Source of the DNA: Candidatus Omnitrophota bacterium | Lineage (GTDB): Bacteria; Omnitrophota; Gorgyraeia; Gygaellales; Profunditerraquicolaceae | DNA: 64,000 bases | Assembly: GCA_028716705.1 (NCBI GenBank) | Contig: JAQUPI010000003.1 | Span: forward strand, 7,737-71,736 | Direction of reading: 5' to 3' | Shown here: positions 27,001-30,000 of the stretch, piece by piece | How the letters are laid out: each line of letters begins with the position of its first letter | Numbering within the stretch: the first letter of the stretch is position 1 | The notes under the pieces: model-generated | What the model was told of the DNA's origin: nothing | What the model saw: only the letters and a program-made list of their open reading frames with translations | Database searches by the model: none | Position numbers and translations under genes: made by a program

Positions 27001-30000
27001 CAGCCTTCTCAGAAAGGCCTGGCCGAATATCCTAAAGATCTATAAAGATCGCGCATCCAAAAACGCGGAAGCAGTCATATTTGGTATCGAGCAGGACGTC
27101 CGCTGGATGAAGAAGAATACCCCCCCTGGCGTAAAAATCATTAAAGAAAAGATTAATGCCTATCCTTCTGAGGCGTACGACCTGTACACGGATGCCGATG
27201 AAGGGGTATTGGCAAGAAGCATTAAAGGCCCTTCCGGGATAGAACTGGAAATATATAGAGACGAATTCAGGTTCACTAACATCGCTGAAAGGGATCCTTA
27301 TTCCGAAGACAGAAGCGTCATGGCGGAGGACCTTAAGGAAAATGGCATAAATGACGAAAGAGTATTATCTGCGATCAGAAATATCCCGCGCCATGAATTT
27401 GTCCCTGAAGAAGAGATGAAAGAATGCGCCTACCTTTACGAGAACAGGGCTTTGCCCATAGGCGAAGGCCAGACTATCTCTTCCGCCAATACGGTTGCCA
27501 TGATGACCCAGGCCCTGGGATTAAAAGAAGGCGACAGGGTCCTTGAGGTCGGCACAGGCAGCGGATACCAGGCAGCGGTCCTCGCAGAAATGGTGGGCAA
27601 AACCGGCAGGGTTTACACTATAGAAATAGTAGAGGCATTGCAAAACAGGGCAAGGGATCTGCTGTCCAAGCTTGATTATGACAATATTGAATATAAAGCT
27701 GCCGATGGGTATGAGGGATGGGCCGAAAAAGGGCCGTTTGACGCCATTATCATTACAGCTGCTTGCAGCGAGTATCCATTGCCTTTGATCGGGCAACTAA
27801 GAGAAGGCGCGAATTTAATCTTCCCGCTTGATTCGGGGATCGAAAAGCTTTTGGTCATAAAGAAGGCAGGCAAAGATTTAGAGGTAAGCACTTTAGCAGA
27901 GCGCATTAAATTCGTGCCTTTCGTAAGAGGCGCGGTAAAACTATATCCGCGGCCAGTCCAAACATATAAGAGAACACTCTTTGACGAAAAAGAGTATCTT
28001 TCAGCGAAAAAAGAAGCCGCGCAGAAATTAGCCAAATTAGACCCCCAGGAAGCAATATCTACATTCATCCAAGTTATAGAGAATTCTATTTCTCCTTTGT
28101 CAGAAGTACTGCTGGAACTGGCAGGAAATATCGGCACGCCGGAAGCGGTCGCATTCATTATAAAAGCGTTAAACAACAGGACCATGTCTGTCAGGCAGCA
28201 GGCTATTTCACTTCTGGAGAAGTTTGAAGATGAAAGGATCTATGGGGCATTATTGCCTGTTATTTGTACAGCCGGTGAATCCCTCGTACAGGAGGCGATC
28301 CGCGTGCTCTATTCCAAGAAAGAAAATCCCCTGTACAGAAAAGAAATATTAAAAGCGGTTATCAGCCAGGATCCCGCAACGCGCTTTGGCGCGGCGACTA
28401 TGCTTGCCACGATCATCGATGATGAAACAATGCGGATGTTGGATTTACTCGCCAAATCTGATCCGCAGGAGGAAGTAAGAAAACACGCGAAGTTCGTATT
28501 GGTTTGCGTACAGAGCAGGCTTGAGGAAGACAAATTAACCGCAGGGATAAAATTAAAAGAGGACAAGGTATTATCTCTTATAGATTCGTTCGCTTTTGAA
28601 AAGAAAGCGCCGCTTAAAGCGATCGATATCGGTTCGGGAGCGGGGGAATTCAGGCGTAGAATAAACATCCTTTGGCAGGGAAGGGAGATAGACATTGAAT
28701 GCGTGGATTCAAATAGCGAAGCGGCAAAAATAGGGTTTATCCATTATGGCATGCCGATATTGATAAGGAATGCCGAAGATCATATCTTTGAAGAAAAAAG
28801 TTTTGATATCGCCTTTTTAAACTATCCTAATCCGGGCTACATGAAAGTGTTAAAATTGCTCCCAGAGGCCGAAAGGATACTGCGGGATGGAGGTTTATTC
28901 TTTTTTGCCAGCAGCCGGGACGATTACCAGCCTGAAGAGATAAAGGATATATTGTCAAGGTCGCATTTTGAAATAATAGCTCAATACAACGGAAAAGAAA
29001 ACATACCGGCGGGCTATCCGCTAAGCCAATGCGCGGAGCAGGCAGTTGCATCCGGCAATATCGGTCCGGAGATGGTCTATCTTATAATTGCCCGCAAAAA
29101 TCGTACAGAGCTGTTATTAGGTTCGGGCGCTGTCAAAGATCATCTGAAGGATCCGGGGATTTTATCCGCCAGGCAGGCAGGGTTTTACATTAACGGGCAG
29201 TTAAGAGCGCAATTCACGGATTCGATTTCTGAAGAAGACGCTGCCGTTGGAGATCGCCGGTTCCCGCAAGATCGATTGAGCCCGGGTCCCCAGGTTCCAG
29301 ACGTTGAGATTATCAGGCTCTTATCCGGCAGCGATACGAAAGAGATAGATAGGGCGCTTGAAATCATGGAAAGCATTCACGACCCGGAAAGGGTATCGTC
29401 AATTGTAGAAAAGGTATTTGCCAATCGCCGGCTGGAGCCGGTATTTATGGAGGAGGATAACACATTGGCAATAATCGGGGAAAACAGGAGCCATAAGGGC
29501 ACTTATGAGATCGCGGAATTACAGGGCGAAGATCCATACGTTCATTTCTATAATGCCTGGATATCCGAAGAATTAAGAGGCAAGCGTATCTTGCCGTTAT
29601 TACTGCGTTGGGCAGCCGCTCATGGTTCCTTCCGTAAATTTTCCGGATGGCGGACAGAGGTGGATAACGCCAATTATATGTCAGCCAGGGCTTGGTGGCG
29701 CAGCGGATTTACTGACATCGAACTATTTGAAAGGGAAAGCAAAGAGCCGGTCAGTTCGATAGAGGAGCTTAAGCCTTCAGAAAAACGCTATATTGTAAAA
29801 GCCAGATTCCCGTTATGGACAAAACAGGCCGGCATACCGAATGTGCCTTTTGATAAAGGCGCGGTACGCTTGACATGCAACTTGGGTAACATGCTTCCGG
29901 GCAGTGTAAGCACGGCTTATTTGGCTTTTCCCGATCCCGGTGACCTGCGAGCGCAGGGAAAAGGATTCGCGGAATGCGCTTACAGGATCTTAAGAGAGGG

